This document shows positions 1-10,163 of a DNA stretch of 57,550 nucleotides, one piece after another. A program made the position numbers and the translations under genes. The notes beneath the pieces are model-generated. The model saw nothing but the letters and a program-made list of their open reading frames with translations, was not told the origin of the DNA and made no database searches. Source of the DNA: an uncultured Cellvibrio sp. Its GTDB lineage: Bacteria > Pseudomonadota > Gammaproteobacteria > Pseudomonadales > Cellvibrionaceae. The stretch covers positions 1-57,550 of the forward strand of contig CAXAVL010000001.1 of the NCBI GenBank assembly GCA_963971905.1. The letters run 5' to 3'. Within the stretch, counting starts at the first letter, position 1; every line of letters begins with the position of its first letter.

Positions 1-689
1 GGTAAGCGCGCGCCCAAACCGGAACTGACCAGCAAATCACCTGCGCGAATGTCGGTATTGGCCGATACGTGGCGCAGACTAAGGCTATTCAAATCGCCTG
101 TACCTTCAGCAATAGCACGCACGCCATTGCGATTAACCTGCACTGGAATCGCGTGGGTCGAGTCCGAGATAAGCAGTACCGTACTGGATGCTTCACCCAC
201 CTCAATCACCTGCCCCATCAAACCAAACGCATCCAAAACCGGTTGCCCCTTAAACGCACCATCTACCGTACCGCGATTGATAACAACCTTATGACTGAGT
301 GGGTTGGGCGACACGCCGATTAATTCGGCAATCAGCACTGTATCCTGCAGCATCTGGCTGGCATTGAGCAGTTGGCGCAAACGCACGTTTTCGGCTGCCA
401 ATGAAGCCAACTGTTGCAGCTTGCGCTGATGAATCAACAATTCGGTTTTAAGCGCTTCATTTTCGAGCTTGAGATCAGAATGAGAGACAAACGTATCCTT
501 GCGCCAATCGTTTACACGGCTGGGCAGGTCGGTAATCTGGTAGAAAGGTGTTACCACTTGGGCGAGTTTTTCGCGCAGCGGTTCAAGGCGATCGGTATAA
601 AGCCCAACAATCACCAGCGCCATGGTAATCAAAATAAAAATAAAAGCGCGACTGGTGGCTGATGAGCCTCGGGCAAAGAGCGGTTTAAT
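1..689 (-). CDS. mreC: Rod shape-determining protein MreC (3' end runs off window; probable ATT start)
   Basis: Directly downstream of mreB. Manual translation of the minus frame gives IKPLFARGSS... at one end and ...NTDIRAGDLLVSSGLGARL at the window edge (MreC motif). SD-like AGGGGAG lies 8 nt before ATT at 689; the first in-frame ATG is at 623. Confidence 0.9.
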   Translation of the reverse strand, partial: MKPLFARGSSATSRAFIFILITMALVIVGLYTDRLEPLREKLAQVVTPFYQITDLPSRVNDWRKDTFVSHSDLKLENEALKTELLIHQRKLQQLASLAAENVRLRQLLNASQMLQDTVLIAELIGVSPNPLSHKVVINRGTVDGAFKGQPVLDAFGLMGQVIEVGEASSTVLLISDSTHAIPVQVNRNGVRAIAEGTGDLNSLSLRHVSANTDIRAGDLLVSSGLGARL

Positions 690-741
690 GGCGAGTTCTC
701 CCCTGGAGTTGAAGCCCGTTAATCACGGGCTTCAAAACAAA

Positions 742-1848
<1,107 letters not shown>

Positions 1849-2288
1849 CTACTATTGCGACGGCGCGCTCATGGCAGCAGGATTCAATTCTGCAAACGCA
1901 GTTCCCTGAATATTTTCTCCGCAACTTATTGCTTATGAGACGGAGAATCCCTGCAAATTTTTAAGAAGCGCGCAGTATAAGTGAATTTTCGCTTTTTATC
2001 CGACCTAAATTAACCGCAAAGTTCAAATAAATCGCTAATATCGCCGACGTTTGCGGCTACTTTTTGCGCAATGCGCGCATCGCTAAAAACATTTACCTAG
2101 CAAGGTTAAAAACTCGCCGCACTCTATCAACCACAAGGGTTCAGGGCAAGGCGCAAATGTGGTACCTTTGGCGCCCGTTTTTAGTGGTATAGCCAAGCTT
2201 CGCTGCCGTTCGCCACACTTTTACTGTTTACGTTTTTTGCTTTTTCACCATTCTGTTTTCATGTTTCATTTGCTGGAGCTAAGACCCC

Positions 2289-2576
2289 ATGGCTGTAGAC
2301 CGTTCCGATATCGCCAAGCTCGCCAACCTGGCGCGCATCCAGATTAGCGATGAGGCCGCCGATGAAGCGGCCAAGAGTATCTCCGATGTGCTGGCTCTGG
2401 TTGACCAACTGCAAGCGGTCAATACCGATGGCGTATTGCCCATGGCGCACCCACTGGATGCCGTACAGCGCCTGCGTGCGGATGTAGTGACAGAACCCAA
2501 CCAGCGCGACGCTTTCCAAGCGATTGCACCCGCCACCCAAGACGGCCTGTATTTGGTGCCGCAAGTTATTGAATAA
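2289..2576 (+). CDS. gatC: Asp/Glu-tRNA amidotransferase subunit C
   Basis: IAKLANLARI...LRADVVTE...GLYLVPQVIE; first gene of gatCAB; GGAG SD upstream. Confidence 0.96.
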   Translation: MAVDRSDIAKLANLARIQISDEAADEAAKSISDVLALVDQLQAVNTDGVLPMAHPLDAVQRLRADVVTEPNQRDAFQAIAPATQDGLYLVPQVIE

Positions 2577-2580
2577 AAAT

Positions 2581-2681
2581 GTAGGGGCGCCGCTTGCTGC
2601 GCCCAGAGAATGTAAGGGCGTCATTTGCTGCGCCCCTACATTTGCATTGACGGAAATGGGCGCGGCAAGCAGCGCCCCTAC
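2581..2681. repeat. REP/REPIN-like cluster (GTAG family), three 24-bp units
   Basis: GTAGGGGCGCCGCTTGCTGCGCCC (2581-2604) plus two inverted copies ending CCCCTAC (2616-2639, 2658-2681), each internally palindromic. Confidence 0.85.
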
Positions 2682-2706
2682 AGTAAAAATTTCAGGAATT
2701 TTTTGA

Positions 2707-4161
2707 ATGCATCAATTCACCATTGCCGAACTGGTCAAGGGTCTGCGCAACAAAGACTTTTCCAGTACCGAAGTGACCCAACATTATCTCGACCGCATCG
2801 CGCGTCTCGATAGCACTTACAACAGTTACATCACTGTGACTAACGATATCGCCCTGCAACAAGCCGCTGCTGCCGACAAACGTTTAGCCACTGGCAACGC
2901 CCCCGCACTGTGCGGTGTGCCAATCGCACACAAAGATATTTTTTGCACCACCGGTGTTCGCACCTCGTGCGCATCGAAAATGCTCGATAAATTTATCGCG
3001 CCCTACAACGCCACTATCGTAGAAAATTATTTAAATTCCGGTGTGGTGATGCTGGGTAAAACCAACATGGATGAATTCGCCATGGGCTCATCCAATGAAA
3101 CAAGTTGGTACGGCCCGGTAAAAAACCCTTGGGCAATTGATTGTGTACCCGGCGGATCTTCAGGCGGTTCTGCTGCGGCAGTGGCTGCACATTTAGCTCC
3201 AGCAGCAACCGCATCGGACACCGGCGGCTCCATTCGTCAGCCAGCAGCACTGTGCGGATTAACCGGCATTAAACCAACCTACGGCCGCGTATCGCGCTGG
3301 GGCATGATTGCGTTTGCCTCAAGCCTCGACCAAGCGGGAATTTTGTCGCGCACTGCGGAAGACGCCGCGATTTTGTTAAACGATATGGCGAGCTTTGATG
3401 CAAAAGATTCCACCTGCGTTGAACGCGACGTACCGGATTACACCGCCGACTTAAACAAATCATTAAAAGGTTTGCGCATCGGTGTACCAAAAGAATATTT
3501 CGGTGAAGGTTTAAATCCCCAAACCGCAAAATTGGTTGAAGATGCGATCAAAGTGTACGAAGGCTTGGGCGCAACCATTCACAGCGTCAGTTTGCCGCAC
3601 ACGCACTTGGCAGTGCCCGCGTATTACGTCATAGCACCGGCAGAATGTTCAGCAAACTTGTCGCGTTTTGACGGAGTGCGCTACGGTCATCGCTGCGAAA
3701 ACCCTAAGGATTTAAATGATCTTTATATGCGCTCGCGCAGTGAAGGTTTTGGTGCAGAAGTGAAGCGCCGTATTCTCGTTGGTGCTTACGCATTGTCTGC
3801 CGGTTATTACGATGCCTATTACAGCAAAGCACAAAAAGTTCGCCGCCTGATCAAACAAGATTTTGTCAATGCATTCGACAGTGTCGATGTGATTCTCGGG
3901 CCAACCTCGCCATCGCCCGCATTCCAATTTGGTTCAAAAAGCAAAGATCCAGTGGCCATGTATTTGGAAGATATTTACACCATCGCCACCAATTTGGCTG
4001 GCTTACCCGGCTTATCGATTCCTTGCGGATTAGTGGATAACAAACCGGTTGGCTTGCAATTGATTGGAAACTTTTTTGCTGAAGGTCAACTGTTAAATGC
4101 GGCACACCAATTCCAGCAAGCAACTAACTTCCACCAACAATCCGCCCCTGGCATTGAATAA
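2707..4161 (+). CDS. gatA: Asp/Glu-tRNA amidotransferase subunit A
   Basis: Amidase signature GGSSGGS...[39 protein letters not shown]. Confidence 0.98.
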   Translation: MHQFTIAELVKGLRNKDFSSTEVTQHYLDRIARLDSTYNSYITVTNDIALQQAAAADKRLATGNAPALCGVPIAHKDIFCTTGVRTSCASKMLDKFIAPYNATIVENYLNSGVVMLGKTNMDEFAMGSSNETSWYGPVKNPWAIDCVPGGSSGGSAAAVAAHLAPAATASDTGGSIRQPAALCGLTGIKPTYGRVSRWGMIAFASSLDQAGILSRTAEDAAILLNDMASFDAKDSTCVERDVPDYTADLNKSLKGLRIGVPKEYFGEGLNPQTAKLVEDAIKVYEGLGATIHSVSLPHTHLAVPAYYVIAPAECSANLSRFDGVRYGHRCENPKDLNDLYMRSRSEGFGAEVKRRILVGAYALSAGYYDAYYSKAQKVRRLIKQDFVNAFDSVDVILGPTSPSPAFQFGSKSKDPVAMYLEDIYTIATNLAGLPGLSIPCGLVDNKPVGLQLIGNFFAEGQLLNAAHQFQQATNFHQQSAPGIE

Positions 4162-4176
4162 GAGAGGAATACAAAG

Positions 4177-5622
4177 ATGCAATGGGAAACCGTAATCGGC
4201 TTGGAAGTTCACGTACAACTGGCCACCAAAACTAAAATTTTCTCCGGCGCCAGCACCGCGTTCGGCGCTGAGCCAAACACCCAAGCTTGCGCGATTGATT
4301 TGGCACTGCCCGGCACACTGCCAGTCGCCAACGAACAAGCATTTCGCTTTGCCACCATGTTTGGCTTGGCCGTAAATGCAGAAATCGGCAAGCGCTCAGT
4401 GTTTGAACGCAAAAATTATTTTTATCCCGACTTGCCCAAAGGTTATCAAACCACGCAGCTCGCCGAACCAATTGTCGGCGCTGGTTTTGTCGATCTGGAA
4501 TTGGGCGAAGGCCGCACCAAACGCGTTCGCATTCACCACGCGCATTTGGAAGAAGATGCAGGCAAATCTTTGCACGAAGATTTTGCGGGCATGAGCGGCA
4601 TCGATTTAAACCGCGCAGGTACACCGCTGATTGAAGTAGTTACCGAACCAGATATGCGCAACGCGGAAGAAGCCGTTGCCTTCGCCAAAAAACTGCACTC
4701 GATTGTCACCTCACTAGAAATTTGCGATGGTGAAATGAGCCAAGGTTCAATGCGTTTTGACGTAAATATTTCCGTGCGCCCCAAAGGCCAGGAAAAACTT
4801 GGTACGCGCACTGAAACCAAAAATTTAAACTCGTTTAAATTTATGGAAGAAGCCATCGCACTGGAAGTTGAACGCCAAATTGATGTATTGGAAGACGGCG
4901 GAAAAATTCGTCAAGAAACTCGCCTGTACAACGGCGATACTAAAAAAGCTCGCAGCATGCGCAGCAAAGAAGATAGCAATGACTACCGCTACTTCCCCTG
5001 CCCAGATTTGTTGCCGGTGATTCTGGATGATGACTACATCGAGTCCGTACGCAAGCAAATGCCGGAATTGCCCGAAGCCAAACGCGCGCGTTTTGTCGAG
5101 CAATATGGTTTGAGCAGCTACGACGCTGGCCAGATCACCATGGATAAATTTGCAGCAGTATTTTTTGAAGCATCTACAAAAATTTCCGGCGAAGCCAAAC
5201 TCACTGCCAACTGGATCATGGCGGATTTAGGTGCTTACCTGAATCGCACTGAACAGCGCATTGACCAATCGCCGATTACACCTGCATTACTCGCTGGTTT
5301 GGTTCTGCGTGTAAAAGACGGCACCCTCTCCAGCAAAATTGCCAAACAAGTGTTTGAAGCCATGTGCAACGGCGAAGGCGATGCCGACACCATTATCGAA
5401 ACCAAAGGTTTAAAACAGGTTTCCGATACCGGCGCGCTGGAAAAAATTATCGACGACATACTCGCCGCTAACGTCGCACAAGTAGAAGGCTACCGCGCCG
5501 CGCCAGAAGATAAGCGCGCAAAAATGCTCGGTTTCTTTGTTGGCCAAGCGATGAAGGCATCCAAAGGCCAAGCGAACCCGCAAGTGTTGAATGAGTTGTT
5601 GGTTAAGAAATTGAATGGCTAA
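4177..5622 (+). CDS. gatB: Asp/Glu-tRNA amidotransferase subunit B
   Basis: [37 protein letters not shown]. Confidence 0.98.
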   Translation: MQWETVIGLEVHVQLATKTKIFSGASTAFGAEPNTQACAIDLALPGTLPVANEQAFRFATMFGLAVNAEIGKRSVFERKNYFYPDLPKGYQTTQLAEPIVGAGFVDLELGEGRTKRVRIHHAHLEEDAGKSLHEDFAGMSGIDLNRAGTPLIEVVTEPDMRNAEEAVAFAKKLHSIVTSLEICDGEMSQGSMRFDVNISVRPKGQEKLGTRTETKNLNSFKFMEEAIALEVERQIDVLEDGGKIRQETRLYNGDTKKARSMRSKEDSNDYRYFPCPDLLPVILDDDYIESVRKQMPELPEAKRARFVEQYGLSSYDAGQITMDKFAAVFFEASTKISGEAKLTANWIMADLGAYLNRTEQRIDQSPITPALLAGLVLRVKDGTLSSKIAKQVFEAMCNGEGDADTIIETKGLKQVSDTGALEKIIDDILAANVAQVEGYRAAPEDKRAKMLGFFVGQAMKASKGQANPQVLNELLVKKLNG

Positions 5623-5634
5623 TTAATGTTAACC

Positions 5635-5704
5635 GTAGGGTGGGTGGAGCCTAACAGCGATACCCGCCGCATTGTTGGGTATCGTTACACTCCACCCAAC
5701 CTAC
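5635..5704. repeat. REP doublet (second GTAG family)
   Basis: GTAGGGTGGGTGGAG...CGATACCC and inverted GGGTATCG...CTCCACCCAACCTAC form one long hairpin. Confidence 0.8.
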
Positions 5705-5727
5705 AAAAAAGTAGAAGAGAACTAAAC

Positions 5728-6024
5728 ATGAGTTTACGTAAAGACAAAGAAAAAGTCCTCGGCGAGACCTTCGACGATGACCGCATCAAAACCTTTTTAA
5801 ACTACCCAGCTCCCGCTGGCGTAAATGCCGATTATCACCTGCTAGAAAAAGCCTATCGCGGCATGCTCGGCGAAAACTTCAAAACCTTCGTGAAGTTTTT
5901 TGTTGAGGCAGGCAAAGATATAAACGCAGTGGGTCCGGAAGGCAAAACTTTTCTGCAAGTGGTAAAAGCTCACCGCAATGGCGAAGAATATGCACTTGCA
6001 CTGGAAGCTATCGGCGCGAAATAG
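5728..6024 (+). CDS. PA4642-family hypothetical protein
   Basis: MSLRKDKEKVLGE...LEKAYRGM...FVKFFVEAG resembles the PA4642 family from memory. Start moved to ATG 5728 because the longer ORF reads through the REP. Confidence 0.75.
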   Translation: MSLRKDKEKVLGETFDDDRIKTFLNYPAPAGVNADYHLLEKAYRGMLGENFKTFVKFFVEAGKDINAVGPEGKTFLQVVKAHRNGEEYALALEAIGAK

Positions 6025-6041
6025 TTTTTGCCTACGTTTGG

Positions 6042-6080
6042 AAATGAAGAAGGCAGCACATCCCGCTACCTTTTTCATTT
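6042..6080. terminator. Hairpin, probable bidirectional terminator between convergent genes
   Basis: AAATGAAGAAGGCAGC-acatccc-GCTACCTTTTTCATTT. Confidence 0.55.
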
Positions 6081-6198
6081 TCAGCCCCCGTCCCCGCCAA
6101 GCTCACGCTTACGCTCCGCAAAATACAAATCACCATCCCACAGTAAAAATTTTATTTGACGGATGACTTAACTAACAAATCAATTCGCATCTATTTTG

Positions 6199-7101
6199 TT
6201 ACTTGCGAGAAAGACCTCTGGTTTTGTCTCGCCCAACATTCAGCTTGTTTAGGTTCATCAACGCAAAAAAATCAGCGGGCGCCGGAGTTTCAAACATTAA
6301 TTCTTTGCCAGTTTTTGGATGAATTATATTTAAGCGCAACGCATGCAAACCCATGCGATTACCTTTGGTGCCGTAACGTTCGTCGCCTACTACTGGATAA
6401 CCCAACCAGGATAAATGGGCGCGAATTTGATGCTGACGACCCGTGTCGATTTTTACTTGCAACAGCGTTCGCGCATTGCTGGTGCGCTCGGTTTTGTAAT
6501 GAGTGATGGCAGATTTTGCATCTAGATGAGCGCCTACGTGCATGCGGTATTCCACCTCATCCAAACGCAGGGGTTGATCAATGGTTCCCTGCGTGGGAGT
6601 TGGGCAGCCTTCTACAATCGCCAAATAGGTTTTTTCGGCTTGATCCCACTTGTCCATCACCGCTTCACGTATTTCCCGTGAAGTGGCGAATAACAAAACG
6701 CCGGAAGTGTCGCGATCAATCCGGTTTACTGGCCACAACTTTATGGCTTGTGTGCGGTGGGATAATTGCTTGCGCAAAATGGCCAACGCGTGTTGTTGGG
6801 TTTCTTTGGGGTTGCCTACGGATAACAAACCCGCGGGTTTATTAATCGCAATCACATCGCGATCTGAATATAAAATTTCCAATTGTGATGGGGAGCTATT
6901 GGCTGTTTTAGCGGTTGCGCCAACCTCTACCAAATCACCTGCATTAAGCGGGTAATCGTGCTGGGTAGTGGATGAACCATTTACACTGACACAACCAGTT
7001 TGCAAGCGCTGTTTAATTTTACTGCGCGCCCAACCTTGTAGCTGTTCACTGAGAAACGCCATAAGCCCGGCAGGCTCATTAACGTGCAATTTTTCCGACA
7101 T
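6199..7101 (-). CDS. RluA-family RNA pseudouridine synthase with N-terminal S4-like region
   Basis: INKPAGL, VNRIDRDTSG (catalytic Asp), TGRQHQIRAHL, PVVGDERYG, LHA. Confidence 0.92.
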   Translation of the reverse strand: MSEKLHVNEPAGLMAFLSEQLQGWARSKIKQRLQTGCVSVNGSSTTQHDYPLNAGDLVEVGATAKTANSSPSQLEILYSDRDVIAINKPAGLLSVGNPKETQQHALAILRKQLSHRTQAIKLWPVNRIDRDTSGVLLFATSREIREAVMDKWDQAEKTYLAIVEGCPTPTQGTIDQPLRLDEVEYRMHVGAHLDAKSAITHYKTERTSNARTLLQVKIDTGRQHQIRAHLSWLGYPVVGDERYGTKGNRMGLHALRLNIIHPKTGKELMFETPAPADFFALMNLNKLNVGRDKTRGLSRK

Positions 7102-7441
7102 AAGCTTGGCTCTGGCGTTAAGCTCTCAGGCGCGCGGCGCACAACAAGCTTAAAAGGAATGGTCAAGAATGCTTGACCATAGTCGGAAGAGCCAAAACGG
7201 ACGCTCAGACGAGAAAGGAAAAATATTCAGTAGGCCGCCACAATAACACCCAACTGCACCCTATTGCCAATTAACTAGCGCGTCCCCCCTTTCGCATTAA
7301 TTAACATCACCCCTGTAATAACGAGTAATAGCTATGCCCCATAGGGTTTGCTACTAATTGCCAAATCAACGAAAAAGTATAAGATCAATCTGGTCTGTCG
7401 CTGTTTTATTGTTGTTGTCCGTCACGATAGGGAAAAACAAT

Positions 7442-8215
7442 ATGAAACCAAATACGCAACTGCTACATAACGTATGGAAAAATTCGCAAGACCTCATAAC
7501 CCAAAAAGATATTGTCCTTGATAAGTTCCAACTGGATGAGCTAATTTCATCCGCCTTTAGTGCCGGTCCTTACTATTTTTACATCGTTGATTTTTTTGAC
7601 TTTTCAATAAAATACATGAGCCCTTTGGTCGAAGGTATTCACGGGCTAGACCCTGAGACCACCAGCTTTCAGGATATTCTCGATCAAATGCACCCTGACG
7701 ATATGGACTTTGTTGCCCGCGCCGAAGCCAAAGTATTTGATATCATCGGCGGCCTGGGGCCAGACAAAGTCAAAAAATACAAAACCTCTTATTGTTTCCG
7801 TTTCCGAACCGCCGATGGCAGCTATCAACTATTCAACCACCAAGCCATCATCCTCACCACCGACGAACATGGACGCATTGCCAAATCCCTCAACATCCAC
7901 ACCAACCTAAACCATTTAACCAATAAAAATAATTTTAAAGTATCAGCTATAGGTATGTTCGGTGAACCATCTTATCTCAACATGGACGTTTTAAACGACA
8001 CACCCGCACCAGCATCAAGCACTCCCGCCCTCAGCAAACGCGAAAAACAAATCATCCAATTAATGGCCGACGGTTTTACCAGCAAAGAAATCGCCGAAAA
8101 ACTTTTTATTGCCGTAAACACGGTGAAAAATCATCGCAAAAACATCTTCAAAAAATCCAACTGCAAGAATGTTGGGCAACTGGTGGTGAAGTGTGTGATG
8201 GATTGTTTGGTGTAA
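7442..8215 (+). CDS. PAS-domain + LuxR-type HTH transcriptional regulator
   Basis: PAS_3-like MHPDD segment; C-terminal LSKREKQIIQLMADGFTSKEIAEKLFIAVNTVKNHRKNIFKK; AGGGA SD before ATG 7442 (the track starts at TTG 7358). Confidence 0.88.
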   Translation: MKPNTQLLHNVWKNSQDLITQKDIVLDKFQLDELISSAFSAGPYYFYIVDFFDFSIKYMSPLVEGIHGLDPETTSFQDILDQMHPDDMDFVARAEAKVFDIIGGLGPDKVKKYKTSYCFRFRTADGSYQLFNHQAIILTTDEHGRIAKSLNIHTNLNHLTNKNNFKVSAIGMFGEPSYLNMDVLNDTPAPASSTPALSKREKQIIQLMADGFTSKEIAEKLFIAVNTVKNHRKNIFKKSNCKNVGQLVVKCVMDCLV

Positions 8216-8320
8216 CGAATTATAAAAATGGTTCTTTGGGGCTATTTAAAGTGCCAGCCAATTAAAATAGGATCAAAGGATACTCTTTCAAATTTCTAAT
8301 TTTTTCAGAAGAAAAAATAG

Positions 8321-8334
8321 TAACTAATTAGTTA
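8321..8334. promoter_or_regulatory. Perfect 14-bp palindrome, candidate operator
   Basis: TAACTAATTAGTTA, extended by AATAG/CTATT, in the AT-rich spacer upstream of the orphan gene pair. AT-richness raises the odds of a chance match. Confidence 0.35.
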
Positions 8335-8515
8335 TCTATTTCGAGTAATAGAGTTATTACATAACCGTCGGTAGACAATATCTACACAGTAGAGATATGG
8401 TATTTCGTTGCTGTATAACCAGATTTACTCTACGTGTTTCATTTATGTTCTTAACAAAAAAACGCATGCTAATTCGGCAATAATATGGCAACTATAGAAA
8501 TCAGGCAGGAAAATC

Positions 8516-8794
8516 ATGGCAGATATAAAACTAAAGATTGAAATTGCTAGCGGAAAATGGGCTTTAAATGTTATGCGTCACGACATTGTTAACGACGACA
8601 TTGTAGAGTTGAAATGGCCGAGTAAATCTGTCCTTCTCAATGACTTAAAGTTGGACGATGTATATATTGTTAATGTCGCTGTAGTCGCTGACCCTGGTAC
8701 GCCCTTTAAGGTTTACCAGGGCAATAAAGTGATTCTTACAGCAAAGACAGGCGCTAATCGTGCATGGTCAGGTTACACCTCTATATTTTCATGA
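8516..8794 (+). CDS. Hypothetical 92-aa beta-rich protein, no signal peptide
   Basis: ATG with AGGA SD; long ORF in AT-rich DNA; co-oriented 16 nt before the next gene. Confidence 0.7.
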   Translation: MADIKLKIEIASGKWALNVMRHDIVNDDIVELKWPSKSVLLNDLKLDDVYIVNVAVVADPGTPFKVYQGNKVILTAKTGANRAWSGYTSIFS

Positions 8795-8810
8795 TGGTAA
8801 AGGCAGGCAC

Positions 8811-9935
8811 ATGCATATGAAAACAATTAAAAAAGTAGCACCGGTTATTGCTCTGATGGTAACAGTTTGCAGTGGGGCGCTAGCCCAAGAGAAAGACGGG
8901 CAGCGAGACAAAAATAAAAAAACCTTTTTGAACTTTGAAACCCCACCAGGATTATCGTTAGATGCTAGTTCAGAAGACAGCAAGGCGACTTTAGGTGTTG
9001 GTAAGGTCATTGGGGATACGTATGCGAACCTTTCCGTCAGCGGTACTATTAATGATGAGGCAGGCTCTTTCGCTTCTCGTGATGGATTAAGTGTAGATTC
9101 GAGCGCAACATTATCGTTCACCAAGATGATTATGAAGGCGGACAAGAATCATCCATTCTATCTGGATAATCGTTTGGCTACACTCAATCTGATCCGACAA
9201 AAAAAGAAAGCGTATGATGATTGTATTGCAACTGAAAAAACGAAAGACGCCAACGCAACAGATACGACACTACAAACAGGTGCGTGTAAGCCTCAACATG
9301 AAGACTTAAACAAGGTAAGCTGGGGTGAGGACTTGGATCAAACCGATATTGTATTGAAGAATCTTCATTACTGGACGTTAAGCTTTACTGCCACCGATTC
9401 GGATTTTAAATACACCTTGTTAGATAGCAATACCAGTAAAAAGGACAATGAAGATGGCTATAAGGTGGGCGCAGCCTACGGTGGCATTATCTCTGATGAA
9501 ATTGGCAGCCGCTGGGAAGTAGGATTGAGCTACGAAAAAGGCTTTGGTTTTGAGAGTTCAAACAAGGAACGCAATATTTGCATGCCGGTGGCCAATACAG
9601 ATTTTACTGAGTGTAAAAATATTCGTACGGCGCCACCGCTTGAAACTACGCACCTAACACCTTCATTTACATGGTCTCAAGGAATGAAAGAAAAGAGTTT
9701 CATCAAAGCTTACGAAATAAAAATTAGCTACATTTTAGAAGAAAAAGTGTTGGCTGACGACTCAAAAGAAGACAATAAAAAAGTCAGAATCGAAGCCCCG
9801 ATTTATTTTTATCAAAACAAAGATGGTGGAGCCGTAGGCGGCATTAAGTTTGACTGGTTAAACAAAGTGCCCGAAGATCAAGATAAACTGAGGGTAAGCT
9901 TATTTTTTAACAAAGCATTTGATCTTTATAAATAA
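8811..9935 (+). CDS. Hypothetical exported protein, probable outer-membrane beta-barrel
   Basis: Signal peptide MKTIKKVAPVIALMVTVCSGALA|Q (start 8811 or 8817); repeated amphipathic strands (YWTLSFTAT, RWEVGLSYE, VRIEAPIYFY, VGGIKFDW); aromatic C-terminus LFFNKAFDLYK. Confidence 0.7.
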   Translation: MHMKTIKKVAPVIALMVTVCSGALAQEKDGQRDKNKKTFLNFETPPGLSLDASSEDSKATLGVGKVIGDTYANLSVSGTINDEAGSFASRDGLSVDSSATLSFTKMIMKADKNHPFYLDNRLATLNLIRQKKKAYDDCIATEKTKDANATDTTLQTGACKPQHEDLNKVSWGEDLDQTDIVLKNLHYWTLSFTATDSDFKYTLLDSNTSKKDNEDGYKVGAAYGGIISDEIGSRWEVGLSYEKGFGFESSNKERNICMPVANTDFTECKNIRTAPPLETTHLTPSFTWSQGMKEKSFIKAYEIKISYILEEKVLADDSKEDNKKVRIEAPIYFYQNKDGGAVGGIKFDWLNKVPEDQDKLRVSLFFNKAFDLYK

Positions 9936-10102
9936 ACCGGCTCAACGGATTTCAGAATATTATTGTTGAGTTGTTCTAAGGTGCACTAGATAAAAGCTGT
10001 AAATAAATCTGTGTAACTTTTTAGAATTAGCCTCCTTTAGGTGGAATCGACATTATCAACAAAAAAGTTAAGCCAAGAAGCTGGCACTACCAAAAGCTCT
10101 AT

Positions 10103-10146
10103 AAATAAAGCTCCCGCCTGTCTTGCAACAGGCGGGGGCTTTATTT
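10103..10146. terminator. Bidirectional intrinsic terminator
   Basis: AAATAAAGCTCCCGCCTGT-cttgca-ACAGGCGGGGGCTTTATTT between convergent genes. Confidence 0.85.
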
Positions 10147-10163
10147 CATGCAATTAACGAAAA

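Noticed and set aside
2581-2681. Repeats with short spacers resembling a mini CRISPR array
   Set aside because: Units are inverted relative to each other, spacers are only 11-18 nt, GTAG ends mark REPs, and no cas genes are present.
5626-5727. N-terminal extension of the 132-aa ORF
   Set aside because: It translates the REP hairpin; family-like sequence begins at ATG 5728.
10082-10098. TGGCAC as an additional sigma54 promoter (also minus strand near 40472-40477)
   Set aside because: No GC at the required -12 spacing.
7102-10100. LuxR islet as an IS, prophage or integrative element
   Set aside because: No integrase, transposase or flanking direct repeats found by eye; only composition suggests foreign origin.
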